Assembly: GCA_022394755.1 (NCBI GenBank)
Contig: JAGFCA010000024.1
Location: 12,368 to 76,367 of the forward strand
Source: Candidatus Poribacteria bacterium
GTDB taxonomy: Bacteria > Poribacteria > WGA-4E > WGA-3G
Length of the DNA: 64,000 bases
Direction: 5' to 3'
Numbering within the stretch: the first letter of the stretch is position 1; every line of letters begins with the position of its first letter. Below the pieces are notes generated by a model. The model was not told the origin of the DNA and ran no database searches. It saw only the letters and a program-made list of their open reading frames with translations. Positions 50,363 to 60,669 of the stretch are shown here, piece by piece. The position numbers and the translations under genes were made by a program.

Positions 50363-51022
50363 ATGAGGGTATTCATGGTAGTACGTAACGGGTTTTCAGA
50401 ATTAGCTGCACAGATGTTTAATGAAACTGATCATGATAGTTTGATAGAACAACTAAACACGAAGTATTCTGAAACCGACTTATTAACCTATCTTCCTGAT
50501 GATGATCTGTTAGTTGCCAGAGCAGCAGCGACAGCCTTAGGATTAATTGGAAGTATGGATTCAGTTCCTGAATTAGTTAAAAATCTGAAAAATGAAGATG
50601 TACGCGCCAGATTTAATACCGAAATGGCATTATGGAGTATCTGGTCTCGATCAGGACAGGATACTGTAGATAGATTGCTTAATACAGGTAAGAGATCTTT
50701 AAAGAATGAAGAGTTCAATAAGGCAGTAGAATGTTTTTCTAAAGTAATTGATATTGATCCAAGATTTGCTGAAGGTTACAATCAAAGAGCAATAGCATTT
50801 TTTATTTTGGATGAATGGGACAATTCACTATCGGATTGCTTACAGACAATTGAATTGAATCCCTATCATTTTGGTGCGTATGCAGGTATGGGGCATATAT
50901 ACTTAAGATTAGGCAAAATTCATGAAGCAGTAGATGCATATAAAAAAGCATTAGAAATTAATCCCAATCTAATCACAGTAGCAGAAACATTATTGCGATT
51001 ACGTCGTGCATTAGAAGAGTAA
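50363..51022 (+). CDS. HEAT-like/TPR repeat protein, hypothetical
   Basis: HEAT-like N-terminal half (AATALGLIGSMDSVPELVKNL). TPR C-terminal half (AEGYNQRAIAFFIL...YAGMGHIYLRLGKIHEAVDAYKKALEINPN). Confidence 0.55.
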   Translation: MRVFMVVRNGFSELAAQMFNETDHDSLIEQLNTKYSETDLLTYLPDDDLLVARAAATALGLIGSMDSVPELVKNLKNEDVRARFNTEMALWSIWSRSGQDTVDRLLNTGKRSLKNEEFNKAVECFSKVIDIDPRFAEGYNQRAIAFFILDEWDNSLSDCLQTIELNPYHFGAYAGMGHIYLRLGKIHEAVDAYKKALEINPNLITVAETLLRLRRALEE

Positions 51023-51039
51023 AATTGACGGGCACATTA

Positions 51040-51810
51040 ATGAATTATGTTTCAATGCGTAAACAAGTAGTATTACAACATGTAATGGTATGTTTCGGAA
51101 TTGCCTGTTTCTTACAATGGATTTTTTTTGAGTTATTTACACTTGGAAAACTCGGATCAAATGCAGAATGTTATGCTATTGCCCAAACATTTGTTGTCCT
51201 GATTGTCGCTCCATATTTAGGAGCAATATCCCATAGAACCCAATTAAATTCAGATTCGTATTTACTGACCAACCTAAGTGTTAGAAATCAACTATTAAAA
51301 CAACTCCTAATTAGTCAGATACCTATATTAATTTGGATTTTCCTGTCATCAACATTCTCATTTTTCTATACAACCAGTTCGCTCATTCAACTGTTACAAA
51401 CGTTTATCGTTCTGGGAGTGTATAGTCTTGTCACAGGCACTCTTGGTATTTGTAGTGCACGAATATTTCGTGATAGTATATTTGGCACAGAATGTACTTA
51501 TGTAATATTAAGTATCTTAATTGGAAGTCCTTTTTTATTAATGCCATTGGACAGATATTTTCAAAGTATTCAAGAATTTATTCAACCAACACTTCATTTC
51601 AATCCGATAATTGCAATTTGTCATATCTATGATGGGATTGATATTTTTAGAACACCACTTCTTTATGAATTAACACCGATCACCTCATACGATTTTTCAT
51701 ACCCTGAATGGTATTTGATTGGTTTTTGGTTCATCTTATTAGGGTGTTGCAGCTTTGTTTTGACATGGCTAATATCTAAGAAAAATAGAGTACGTCAATT
51801 CAACTATTAA
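51040..51810 (+). CDS. Polytopic integral membrane protein, hypothetical
   Basis: About 6 predicted TM helices. ORF track starts at TTG 51025; first ATG at 51040. Confidence 0.45.
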   Translation: MNYVSMRKQVVLQHVMVCFGIACFLQWIFFELFTLGKLGSNAECYAIAQTFVVLIVAPYLGAISHRTQLNSDSYLLTNLSVRNQLLKQLLISQIPILIWIFLSSTFSFFYTTSSLIQLLQTFIVLGVYSLVTGTLGICSARIFRDSIFGTECTYVILSILIGSPFLLMPLDRYFQSIQEFIQPTLHFNPIIAICHIYDGIDIFRTPLLYELTPITSYDFSYPEWYLIGFWFILLGCCSFVLTWLISKKNRVRQFNY

Positions 51811-51832
51811 CCATATAGAGAATAGAAAACAT

Positions 51833-53221
51833 ATGTATTCAGAACCAATCATCAGCGTTTCGGGAGTACGTGGTAAGGTAGGGGAATCCCTTGACCCGCA
51901 AACGATCACTAAATTTAGTTTGGCATTTGGTACGTTTGTAAATGGAGAGACAGTGGTAATTGGCCGGGATTCTCGAACATCAAGTCCATTGTTGCGGCAT
52001 GCAGTATTAACTGGACTGTTAGCAACAGGATGTCATGTGATAGATGTGGGTTTATGTTCGACCCCAACTATACTCTTAATGTCAAAAGAACTTAAAGCTC
52101 AAGGAAGTATTACTATCACAGCAAGTCATAATCCAGTTGAATGGAATGGAATTGAATTTGCATCACAATCAGGAAGATTGCTAAATCAAACCGAACGAGA
52201 GAGATTGCACCATATTTATGAAACAGAGTCATATATCTTATCAGCTTGGAATGAACTTGGAACTTATGAAGAAATAAGAGATGCAAATTCTATTCATTTA
52301 AAACATATATTAAATACACAATGGCTTGATGTAAATTCAATACAAAATAGAAAATTAAAAGTAATACTCGACTGCGGAAATGGTGCTGGAAGTGTGATTA
52401 GTCCATTATTACTGGAAAACCTTGGTTGTGAAGCTGTCATGATAAATTGTTTTCCAGATGGTAATTTTCGACGACCTGCGGAACCAACCCCTGAAGCCAT
52501 ACATGAACTATGCGAGGAAGTTAAAGTATCCAAAGCAGATATAGGATTTGCTCATGACGGTGATGCAGATAGAGTTGTAATAGTAACGAACGAGGGTATA
52601 CCCTTGAGTGGTGAATGGACCTATACATTTGTTGCAGACTTCATATTAAGTAAGACTTCTGGTGATATTGTAGCCACAGTATCTACAAGTAGAATGTTGG
52701 ATGACATTGCTAATAAACATGGAGTGAATGTACATCGAACTAAAGTTGGTGTAGGTTGGGTGGTCGAAGAAATGCATAAAGTGAATGCAGTCCTTGGCGG
52801 TGAAGGAACAGGAGGGGTAATATACCCGACCATAAATTATACAACTGATGGAATTACATCAATTGCAGCAATTCTCCAATATATTGTAGACTCAAAAGAG
52901 ACTATTTCAGGTCTTGCTGATAAATTACCAAAATACGAAATGTGTAGAAGAAAGCTAGAGATTCCCTCACAGGAAGTAGCTGCAGAACTTGTGGAAATTG
53001 CAATGAGAAAGTATAAGGAGGAAACTGATTCCTCTGTAGTGTTAGATTTGACAGATGGTATAAAACGTGTATGGGATGATAGGTGGGTTAATATTCGTAA
53101 ATCAGGTACAGAACCAGTTATTCGTGTGTTTAGTGAAGCCCCATCAACTGAGGAAGCAGAATTATTATGTGCCGATACACTTGAAACTCTAAACATGTTA
53201 TTGAAACAGATAAACCTTTAA
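51833..53221 (+). CDS. Alpha-D-phosphohexomutase family enzyme (phosphoglucomutase/phosphomannomutase/GlmM-like)
   Basis: Active-site loop ITITASHNPVEWNGIEF (phosphoserine). Metal-binding loop FAHDGDADR. Sugar-binding GEGTGG. Confidence 0.8.
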   Translation: MYSEPIISVSGVRGKVGESLDPQTITKFSLAFGTFVNGETVVIGRDSRTSSPLLRHAVLTGLLATGCHVIDVGLCSTPTILLMSKELKAQGSITITASHNPVEWNGIEFASQSGRLLNQTERERLHHIYETESYILSAWNELGTYEEIRDANSIHLKHILNTQWLDVNSIQNRKLKVILDCGNGAGSVISPLLLENLGCEAVMINCFPDGNFRRPAEPTPEAIHELCEEVKVSKADIGFAHDGDADRVVIVTNEGIPLSGEWTYTFVADFILSKTSGDIVATVSTSRMLDDIANKHGVNVHRTKVGVGWVVEEMHKVNAVLGGEGTGGVIYPTINYTTDGITSIAAILQYIVDSKETISGLADKLPKYEMCRRKLEIPSQEVAAELVEIAMRKYKEETDSSVVLDLTDGIKRVWDDRWVNIRKSGTEPVIRVFSEAPSTEEAELLCADTLETLNMLLKQINL

Positions 53222-53635
53222 TTGCGTATTTTGTCACAATAGATAATGGTTGACATTCTAAAAAACATCATTAATAAATAAATAAATAATAATATACATA
53301 TAAAATAGGTACGAATAGCCTAATTAGTATCCAGAGTTTGATAATATGTGTATGAACATTATTTCGAAAAATATCACTCTCATATACCCAGTAGGGTGGA
53401 AACGCCAAATAGGATTCATACCGTTGAATCTCGGTTTTCCAATCGGGCAGGATTGAAGATGAACCCAAGTTCGGTATGGTCGCTCAGGATAACTCTGATC
53501 GGTTTGGAAACCGAACCATCTGACTTGGGAGAAGTCCATTCGATCTTAAAATGGTCTTAATGGTGTGTTTTAACCGAACCACTTACAAAAACTGATTTAT
53601 CAAACTCACGTTAATTAGTATTGTCTGGAGTAAAT

Positions 53636-54883
53636 ATGTCATTAAAAATTACCTGCATAGGTGGAGGCAGTGGACTCTCCGCGCTACTCAGTGGTATAAA
53701 GTACTTTGCAGATTTGGAAACAGATAGTGGTCATATAATTGATTTGGATAGTTTGTCTGCAATAGTTACTGTATCAGATGATGGCGGAAGTTCAGGACGA
53801 CTTGTTGAGGAATTTGACGTCCTTCCTCCCGGAGATATTCGTAGATTATTGTGTACGCTTTCTGATGCCGATGAACTTGCAGGATTGTTTGAATACCGAT
53901 TTTCAAGCAATGGTGACCTTGGTGGACATACCATTGGCAATCTGTTATTGACAGCATTAACAGAGAAGTTTAAGGGTAATTTTCCAAAAGCAATACAAGC
54001 TGCTTCACGACTTCTATCGGTTCGAGGGCAAATTATACCTGTTACTTTGGATTATACAGTTTTATGTGCTGAACTTGCAGATGGAGATATTGTTAAAGGT
54101 GAATCAACGATACCCATAAGAGAAAATCGAGAACCAATTAAAAAGGTATTTTTTGAACCACGAGAAAACGGGAAAACACATCACTCAAACGATGAATTGT
54201 ATGAGTGCCAAGCACATGAAACTGCAATAGATGCGCTTGTAAATGCGGATGCCATAATTATTGGTCCCGGAAGTCTATATACAAGCATAATGCCAAATTT
54301 GGTGATTAAAGGAATCGTTGAAACAATACAACGTTCTCCTGCCCTGAAAATATATGTGTGTAATGTTATGACACAACCTGGTGAAACAGATGGATATGCA
54401 GTAACTGATCATGTTAATGCTATTCTTGACCATGCTAAGATTCCAATTGATTATATATTAGTTAATAATCAACCTGCGCCACAAGAAATTATGCAAGAAT
54501 ATGTACGAAAAGAATTAGTATCTCAATTAACAAGAATTAAATCTCTATCAGATGAAGGTTTATCTATGTTAGCAGAGGATACGGAACATTTGGTAGAAGT
54601 GTTAAATCTTGCCAAAGACATTTCTGGACTATCTGCCGAAACTATGCAGGTTGCTGATGCATCGAAAGTCCAAGTATCATATAACAGAGAAATTGAAAGA
54701 CTTGAAGAGGAAGGGATTACTGTTGTAGAAGCAGATTTAATTCGAGATATGGTAGTTACAGAATATGGAACATGGTTAGGTGGCGGTCAGATGAATGTTA
54801 TTCGACATGATCCTGAAAAATTAGCAAATAATCTCGTAAATATCTTCAAGAATCATCCAAAACTAAGCGAGATACTAAAATAG
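53636..54883 (+). CDS. YvcK/CofD-family (UPF0052, gluconeogenesis factor-like) protein with C-terminal extension
   Basis: GGAG SD then ATG 53636 (MSLKITCIGGGSGLSALLSGIKY...VTVSDDGGSSGRL..DIRR). 415 aa versus ~330 typical. Confidence 0.7.
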   Translation: MSLKITCIGGGSGLSALLSGIKYFADLETDSGHIIDLDSLSAIVTVSDDGGSSGRLVEEFDVLPPGDIRRLLCTLSDADELAGLFEYRFSSNGDLGGHTIGNLLLTALTEKFKGNFPKAIQAASRLLSVRGQIIPVTLDYTVLCAELADGDIVKGESTIPIRENREPIKKVFFEPRENGKTHHSNDELYECQAHETAIDALVNADAIIIGPGSLYTSIMPNLVIKGIVETIQRSPALKIYVCNVMTQPGETDGYAVTDHVNAILDHAKIPIDYILVNNQPAPQEIMQEYVRKELVSQLTRIKSLSDEGLSMLAEDTEHLVEVLNLAKDISGLSAETMQVADASKVQVSYNREIERLEEEGITVVEADLIRDMVVTEYGTWLGGGQMNVIRHDPEKLANNLVNIFKNHPKLSEILK

Positions 54884-54892
54884 AATAGATAC

Positions 54893-54928
54893 AAAAGAAG
54901 GGTAGGTATATATACCTACCCTTCTTTT
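54893..54928. terminator. Bidirectional rho-independent terminator
   Basis: AAAAGAAGGGTAGGTATA / TATACCTACCCTTCTTTT, a perfect 16-bp palindrome flanked by A-run and T-run. Lies between convergent genes. Confidence 0.7.
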
Positions 54929-54988
54929 GTAATTTTGGTTTAAATAATTCTGTTATAGCATTGTTTAATAACGTATATTTTACATTTA

Positions 54989-55192
54989 TTATCGATTCAC
55001 TCGATCATTAACTTCAATATGGGTTGCAAATTGGTCACAGAAATAGGAAAGGTTGTCGATAAATTGTTCCCAGCGAAATTCTTCATCTCTTGCTTTTACA
55101 GCTGCAAAATACACAGCCAGTTCGTAGTAATCTAAATTCCTATCTTGTTCTGATTGTGTATCTATGGTTTTTTGTTTACTAACAGTATTCAT
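54989..55192 (-). CDS. Small hypothetical protein (67 aa), acidic, no TM
   Basis: GGAG 7 nt upstream of ATG 55192, stop TAA. Sits between the terminator and the glnS promoter region. No family recognised. Confidence 0.3.
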   Translation of the reverse strand: MNTVSKQKTIDTQSEQDRNLDYYELAVYFAAVKARDEEFRWEQFIDNLSYFCDQFATHIEVNDRVNR

Positions 55193-55419
55193 AATACACT
55201 CCTAATAATTATATGGTTATTCTCCCATAGAATATAACGTATAGATAATATAGAAAGTTTCACATCGACCATACGTTGGCACTACATAATATATAACAAT
55301 GTCAATAGGTGGATGCTACTTATTCGCTTACATCATCAGTTCTTGTTTTCTCGCTACTTGATATTTTTGACTTTATTTCATTTTGAAAGTATAATATATT
55401 TTTTATGTAGGAGGTGTGT

Positions 55420-57156
55420 ATGAAGCAGTCGAATTCTAATCCTAAGAGATCGAATAACCAAGATACAAACGAAGAAAATACCAATAATTCTCACCAAACA
55501 AATTTTATCCGACAAGCCATAGATAGTGATTTAGAAAATAATAGATTTGATGGTAGGGTTCATACACGATTCCCTCCTGAACCCAGTGGATACCTTCATA
55601 TTGGACATGCAAAGGCAATCTGTATAAGTTTCGGAATTGCCGAAGACTATAAAGGACTTTATAATTTAAGATTTGATGATAGTAATCCTATTACTGAAGA
55701 AAGTGAATACGTAGAAGCAATTAAAAGAGATGTCCATTGGCTGGGATTCGATTGGGAAGAACGGGAGTTTTACGCCTCTGATTATTTTGAGACGCTGTAT
55801 GAATATGCCATTAAACTGATAGAAAATGGGAAGGCATTTGTTTGTGATCTTACTCCTGATGAGATGCGTACCTATCGTGGTACTCTTGTGACTACGGGGA
55901 AGGATAGTCCGTATCGCAACCGTTCAATTGAGGAGAATATTACCCTTTTTCAAGGTATGCGAAATGGTGAATTCCCGGATGGTTCTCGGACACTTCGTGC
56001 CAAAATAGATATGTCAAGCCCCAATTTAAATATGCGTGATCCGGTCATGTATCGTGTTCTTAGATCCCACCATTACCGGCATGGTGATAATTGGTGTATA
56101 TATCCTACCTATGACTTCACACACGGACAATCTGATTCAATAGAGGGTGTAACCCATTCTCTATGTGATGTTCAATTTGAAGACCATCGTCCATTATATG
56201 ATTGGTTCTTAGAAGCCTTAGAGATTTACCGACCCAGACAAATTGAATTCGCTCGATTAAACCTTACCTATACAGTGCTTGGAAAACGCAAACTCAAAAT
56301 CCTTGTCGAAGAAGGTCATGTTGACGGTTGGGACGATCCCAGACTACCTACACTTGCAGGTATGCGTCGAAGGGGATATACACCAGATGCAATAAGAGAC
56401 TTTTGTACCCGTATTGGTGTCTCTAAAGCAGATAATCTTATTGAGTTAAGTCAACTTGAATATTCAATACGAAATGATTTGAACTTACGTGCTCCACGTG
56501 TTATGGCAGTTCTAAATCCGATTAAGGTTATTATTGATAACTATCCAGAAGATCAAGTGGAAATGCTTGAAGCAGAGAATAACCCTGAAGACGAAAGTGC
56601 AGGTTCAAGAGAAATTCCATTCTCAAAAGAAATATATATTGAAAGAGATGATTTCATGGAAGATCCACCACGGAAGTTCTACAGGTTAGCTCCAGGCAAA
56701 GAAGTCCGTCTAAAACACGCATACTACATAACATGTGAGAATGTGGTAAAAGATGAAGACACGGGAGAAATTTTAGAAATACATTGTACTTATGATCCTG
56801 ATACAAGGGGTGGATGGTCTGATGATGGCCGTCGTGTACAAGGAACTTTACACTGGGTTTCAGTGGAACATGCAGCCAATGCCGAAGTACGTCTGTATGA
56901 AACTCTCTTCACCGAACGTGAACCTGAAAATGCTGCTGATGGGTCTGATTGGATACAATTTCTTAATCCAGATTCTTTAGAAATCTTGGAAAATTGCAAG
57001 GTTGAACCAAGCTTGTTAGATGCAGAATCAGAAAGTCGCTATCAGTTTTTACGTACTGGATATTTCTGTGTAGATTCAGACTCAACTGCAGAAAAACTGG
57101 TCTTCAATCGTACAGTTCCTCTACGTGATAGTTGGGCAAAAATGCAAAAGAAATAG
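55420..57156 (+). CDS. glnS: Glutaminyl-tRNA synthetase
   Basis: AGGAGG SD, ATG 55420. HIGH motif [16 protein letters not shown]. GlnRS-specific [11 protein letters not shown]...[20 protein letters not shown]-terminal anticodon-binding barrels. Confidence 0.9.
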   Translation: MKQSNSNPKRSNNQDTNEENTNNSHQTNFIRQAIDSDLENNRFDGRVHTRFPPEPSGYLHIGHAKAICISFGIAEDYKGLYNLRFDDSNPITEESEYVEAIKRDVHWLGFDWEEREFYASDYFETLYEYAIKLIENGKAFVCDLTPDEMRTYRGTLVTTGKDSPYRNRSIEENITLFQGMRNGEFPDGSRTLRAKIDMSSPNLNMRDPVMYRVLRSHHYRHGDNWCIYPTYDFTHGQSDSIEGVTHSLCDVQFEDHRPLYDWFLEALEIYRPRQIEFARLNLTYTVLGKRKLKILVEEGHVDGWDDPRLPTLAGMRRRGYTPDAIRDFCTRIGVSKADNLIELSQLEYSIRNDLNLRAPRVMAVLNPIKVIIDNYPEDQVEMLEAENNPEDESAGSREIPFSKEIYIERDDFMEDPPRKFYRLAPGKEVRLKHAYYITCENVVKDEDTGEILEIHCTYDPDTRGGWSDDGRRVQGTLHWVSVEHAANAEVRLYETLFTEREPENAADGSDWIQFLNPDSLEILENCKVEPSLLDAESESRYQFLRTGYFCVDSDSTAEKLVFNRTVPLRDSWAKMQKK

Positions 57157-57157
57157 A

Positions 57158-58663
57158 ATGGACATTAATACTATGAATAGTCACACAACTGTAAATGGTG
57201 AAGTAAGAGTTCGAATGGCACCCTCCCCTACAGGATTTTTACATATTGGTGGTGCCAGGACAGCCTTATTCAATTGGTTGTTTGCCAAACATCATCATGG
57301 AAAGTTCATATTACGAATTGATGATACAGATATCGAACGTTCTACCGATGAATCTATGCACGAGATTTATGAGGCTATGCAATGGTTGGGTTTGGATTGG
57401 GATGAAGGTGGAGAAAAAGGAGGACCTTATGGCCCCTACCTGCAATCTGAACGAAAAGAGGTATACGATAGGTATGTAGGAGAACTTCTCGCCTCTAATC
57501 ACGCATATCATTGTTATTGCACATCTGAAGAATTAGAAGAGATACGTACAGAAGCACGTGAAGCAAAATCAACCCGTTCTTATGATGGTCGTTGTAAAGA
57601 ACTTTCCTCAGAAGTAATTGAGAAATATATAGCTGATGGTAGAAAACCAACAGTACGGATAAAAATGCCAGAAACTTCTATCCTTGTTGATGATCTGATA
57701 CTTGGTTCACGTAATATAGATCCCGCAACACTTGAAGATGAAGTGATTGTTCGTTCAAATGGTATGCCGAACTATAATTTAACATCAATTATTGACGATG
57801 TGGAAATGAATATAACCCATGTCATTAGAGGAACAGAACATCTCAACAATACTCCAAAACAGATTGCAATTGCGAATGCTCTCGGTCTCTCACTACCTCA
57901 ATTTGCTCATATTCCTTTAGTTCTTGATGATTCTGGTAGAAAACTGAGTAAACGCCATCATGGTGATTTGGTTGCGGTTAACCGTTATCGAGAACAAGGA
58001 TATCTTCCTGAGGCAATGTTAAATTTTGTAGCAAGGCTTGGTTGGTCTTATGACGATAAACAGGAGATTTTTTCTCTTGAGGATCTTATTGATAAGTTCG
58101 ATCTTGCACGTGTGGGGAAAAGTGGCAGCGTGTTTGATATTAAAAAATTAGAATGGTTGAACTCACACTATATCAACCAACTTGATGTATCAAGACGTAC
58201 AGATGCAGTAATACCATATTGGCAAGCAGAAGGATTAATTGATTCAATAGAAGATAGAGAAAAACTTGAGAAGATTGTAGAAGCAGTGGGTGAACGTCTT
58301 AACACACTAAAAGACATTGTGCCCCAAACAAGCTATTTCTTTTCTGATGATTTTGAATTTGATCCGAAGGCTACAAAGAAATGGTGGGGTAGCTCAGATG
58401 AAAAGAAACAGAAGACATACGAGATTCTAACTAATCTATCACAGATCTTAGAAGATACTCCAGACTTTGGTTTGGATACAATTGAATCTTTAGTTTGGAA
58501 ATATACAGATGAAAACGATATTAAACGTGTTGCAGCCATGCAATCAATGCGAATTGCATTGACTGGACTGTCCTTTGGTCCAAGTTTGTTTGATATTGTT
58601 GTGTTGCTTGGAAAAGATGAAGTTTTGAAAAGACTTCAAAAGGCAATAGTAAGTCTATCATAA
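57158..58663 (+). CDS. gltX: Glutamyl-tRNA synthetase
   Basis: VRVRMAPSPTGFLHIGGARTALFNW (HIGH region) and KLSKRHG (KMSKS). ATG 57158 is 2 nt after the glnS stop; ATG 57173 is an alternative start. ORF track from 57125. Confidence 0.9.
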   Translation: MDINTMNSHTTVNGEVRVRMAPSPTGFLHIGGARTALFNWLFAKHHHGKFILRIDDTDIERSTDESMHEIYEAMQWLGLDWDEGGEKGGPYGPYLQSERKEVYDRYVGELLASNHAYHCYCTSEELEEIRTEAREAKSTRSYDGRCKELSSEVIEKYIADGRKPTVRIKMPETSILVDDLILGSRNIDPATLEDEVIVRSNGMPNYNLTSIIDDVEMNITHVIRGTEHLNNTPKQIAIANALGLSLPQFAHIPLVLDDSGRKLSKRHHGDLVAVNRYREQGYLPEAMLNFVARLGWSYDDKQEIFSLEDLIDKFDLARVGKSGSVFDIKKLEWLNSHYINQLDVSRRTDAVIPYWQAEGLIDSIEDREKLEKIVEAVGERLNTLKDIVPQTSYFFSDDFEFDPKATKKWWGSSDEKKQKTYEILTNLSQILEDTPDFGLDTIESLVWKYTDENDIKRVAAMQSMRIALTGLSFGPSLFDIVVLLGKDEVLKRLQKAIVSLS

Positions 58664-58892
58664 ATCGATCAATCTATTAATCCAGACTGATTATTAAAGG
58701 TCTTTCTATAACAAAGACACCATCATATTTCTTCTCAATTGATAGTGATATACATAATCACCGGTAATACATTAATTTCCTATCAAGGGGACGGACATGT
58801 GAGTGTATAAATACCATTCATACACTGTTTTTCATTCATTTATTCATTTCAAAGGTTAATTCCTCTGGGAATTGATGCGTATAAAATTCTCA

Positions 58893-59013
58893 AAAACTAT
58901 ACTTGTTAGAAATAATATGTATAGTTTTTATACATATCCTATATAATATGTATAGAAAATGCGGAAAACTATACATGTCAGGAATAATATGTAAAGAATT
59001 TATACATATCCTA
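58893..59013. repeat. Two ~49-bp direct repeats (72-bp period), each containing an internal AAAACTATAC...GTATAGTTTT palindrome, between convergent genes
   Basis: Copy 1 at 58893-58941 and copy 2 at 58965-59013, about 43/49 identical. A TATACATAT/ATATGTATA palindrome lies between them. Confidence 0.45.
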
Positions 59014-59194
59014 ACGACTTTTGCCAGTTAATTGAATTTGACTTTTTTGTGAAATATGAGTTTTGTGCTATAAACATTTCGTCCATATGGGACTAATGAG
59101 ACTTTCAACTAATGCAGGATATATTTCCCAATCATTTTACATGTGAAACTTTTAATTAGTAAAAGTGTCGTAGCACAACTCGTTAATGTAACTA

Positions 59195-60601
59195 TTATGG
59201 ATGAGCTAATAGAGACCAATCTGGTTCATCTTCAGGATCACCAAGAGGTCCGTGTGCATTTCGAATGATACGACGTTGTGCGTCATACCAATCCTTATAA
59301 TTAGTGGCAGGCTGTAGTTTATCATTCCGAGCATTCATCAATTCTGTCAGAGTATTCTCCATTTCATTTACTAATAGTTCGTCTTCTGCACTGTCAATTA
59401 GGTTATTCATTTCAAGCGGATCTTCTTCCAAATTATATAACATCCGTTTTCCATCCAACCATCGTGCATAACTGTGTGTTTTTGTACGAATACCACGCCA
59501 TTCATCACCATCAACAAGATAATCGTAAGTCGCACCGAAGTTCATAGTCAGAACAGCATTCTGTTCAAATGCATTTGGTTCACCACGCCAAGATGATGAT
59601 AGGTCGTACCCTTCAACAGTCCGTGGAGGATGAATATCACATAATCCACAAAGCGAGGGGAACAGATCGACAGGGGATGTAAGTGTATCACAAATTTTGT
59701 TGTCCTCAAATACACCTGGAAACCTCATAATGAGTGGTACTTTGATTGATTCCTCATAAGGTTTCTTCTTAGCCCAAAAGTTGATCCCTTGTGCGCCGCC
59801 CTGTGTTCCGTGATCTGATCCAAAGATTAGCAGTGTATTTTCAACGCGATGCGTTTTCTCAAGATACGACATTAAATCCCCAAGCATATCGTCTATAGCC
59901 AAAGTCATTGCCAGATAGTGTCGATATAATTTTAAGGATTGATCTTTATGTGTATCAGGGACATTTTCTGGCAGACGAAGTTTTGTTGGCAAACGATCAT
60001 AATATTCTTGAGGTGCATATTCATAAGGAGTGGAATGTGCTTGGTGAGGAGAAATAAAAAGACAAAAAGGTGTATCATCATTCTGCTGATCCATAAATTG
60101 GAAAGCATATTGATTCAATGCATCGGTTTCATAACCGTTCCATCTTTCATTTCGCCACTCATCCAAGTTCACTGTACCATTAAAATAATCGGTATGAAAA
60201 TTATATCCTCTCCAATGTTCGAATCCGAATCTGTCTCGACCTTCTGGTACATAATCCCGTCCACCAATTTCAGGAAATGAACCCGTATGGAGATGCCATT
60301 TTCCAACCCAAGCAGTATTATAACCGTTTCTACTGAAAACATCACCTATACCTATTTCATCATGCCTTGTCCTGATAAAATTAATAAGATGACCTGTTGT
60401 TTGTGGATGTCTACCTGTCAACAGCATGGATCTGTATGGAGTACATACTGGTGCGGTTGCAATTGCATTTGAAAAGACTGTACCTTCTGATGCAAGTCTA
60501 TCAATATGTGGTGTATGAATCTGTTCTTCACCATATATAGGCAGAGAAGAAGCTCTGATTTGATCCGCAAGCAGGAAAACTATGTTAGGTTTAGATGTCA
60601 T
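59195..60601 (-). CDS. Sulfatase (Cys-type, formylglycine-dependent)
   Basis: IVFLLADQIR...PVCTPYRSMLLTGRHP (C-x-P-x-R)...GKWHLH. No obvious signal peptide. Confidence 0.85.
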   Translation of the reverse strand: MTSKPNIVFLLADQIRASSLPIYGEEQIHTPHIDRLASEGTVFSNAIATAPVCTPYRSMLLTGRHPQTTGHLINFIRTRHDEIGIGDVFSRNGYNTAWVGKWHLHTGSFPEIGGRDYVPEGRDRFGFEHWRGYNFHTDYFNGTVNLDEWRNERWNGYETDALNQYAFQFMDQQNDDTPFCLFISPHQAHSTPYEYAPQEYYDRLPTKLRLPENVPDTHKDQSLKLYRHYLAMTLAIDDMLGDLMSYLEKTHRVENTLLIFGSDHGTQGGAQGINFWAKKKPYEESIKVPLIMRFPGVFEDNKICDTLTSPVDLFPSLCGLCDIHPPRTVEGYDLSSSWRGEPNAFEQNAVLTMNFGATYDYLVDGDEWRGIRTKTHSYARWLDGKRMLYNLEEDPLEMNNLIDSAEDELLVNEMENTLTELMNARNDKLQPATNYKDWYDAQRRIIRNAHGPLGDPEDEPDWSLLAHP

Positions 60602-60669
60602 GTTTGAGATACCAACAAATTGAATTAATTAGAAATTAGATTATAACAAGACACAAGTTCTCGGATCTG

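Noticed and set aside
53271-53560. Three overlapping 65-71 aa ORFs on both strands in the 53.2-53.6 kb intergenic region
   Set aside because: They are mutually overlapping, have no SD and no family resemblance. The region instead shows nested complementarity suggestive of RNA structure.
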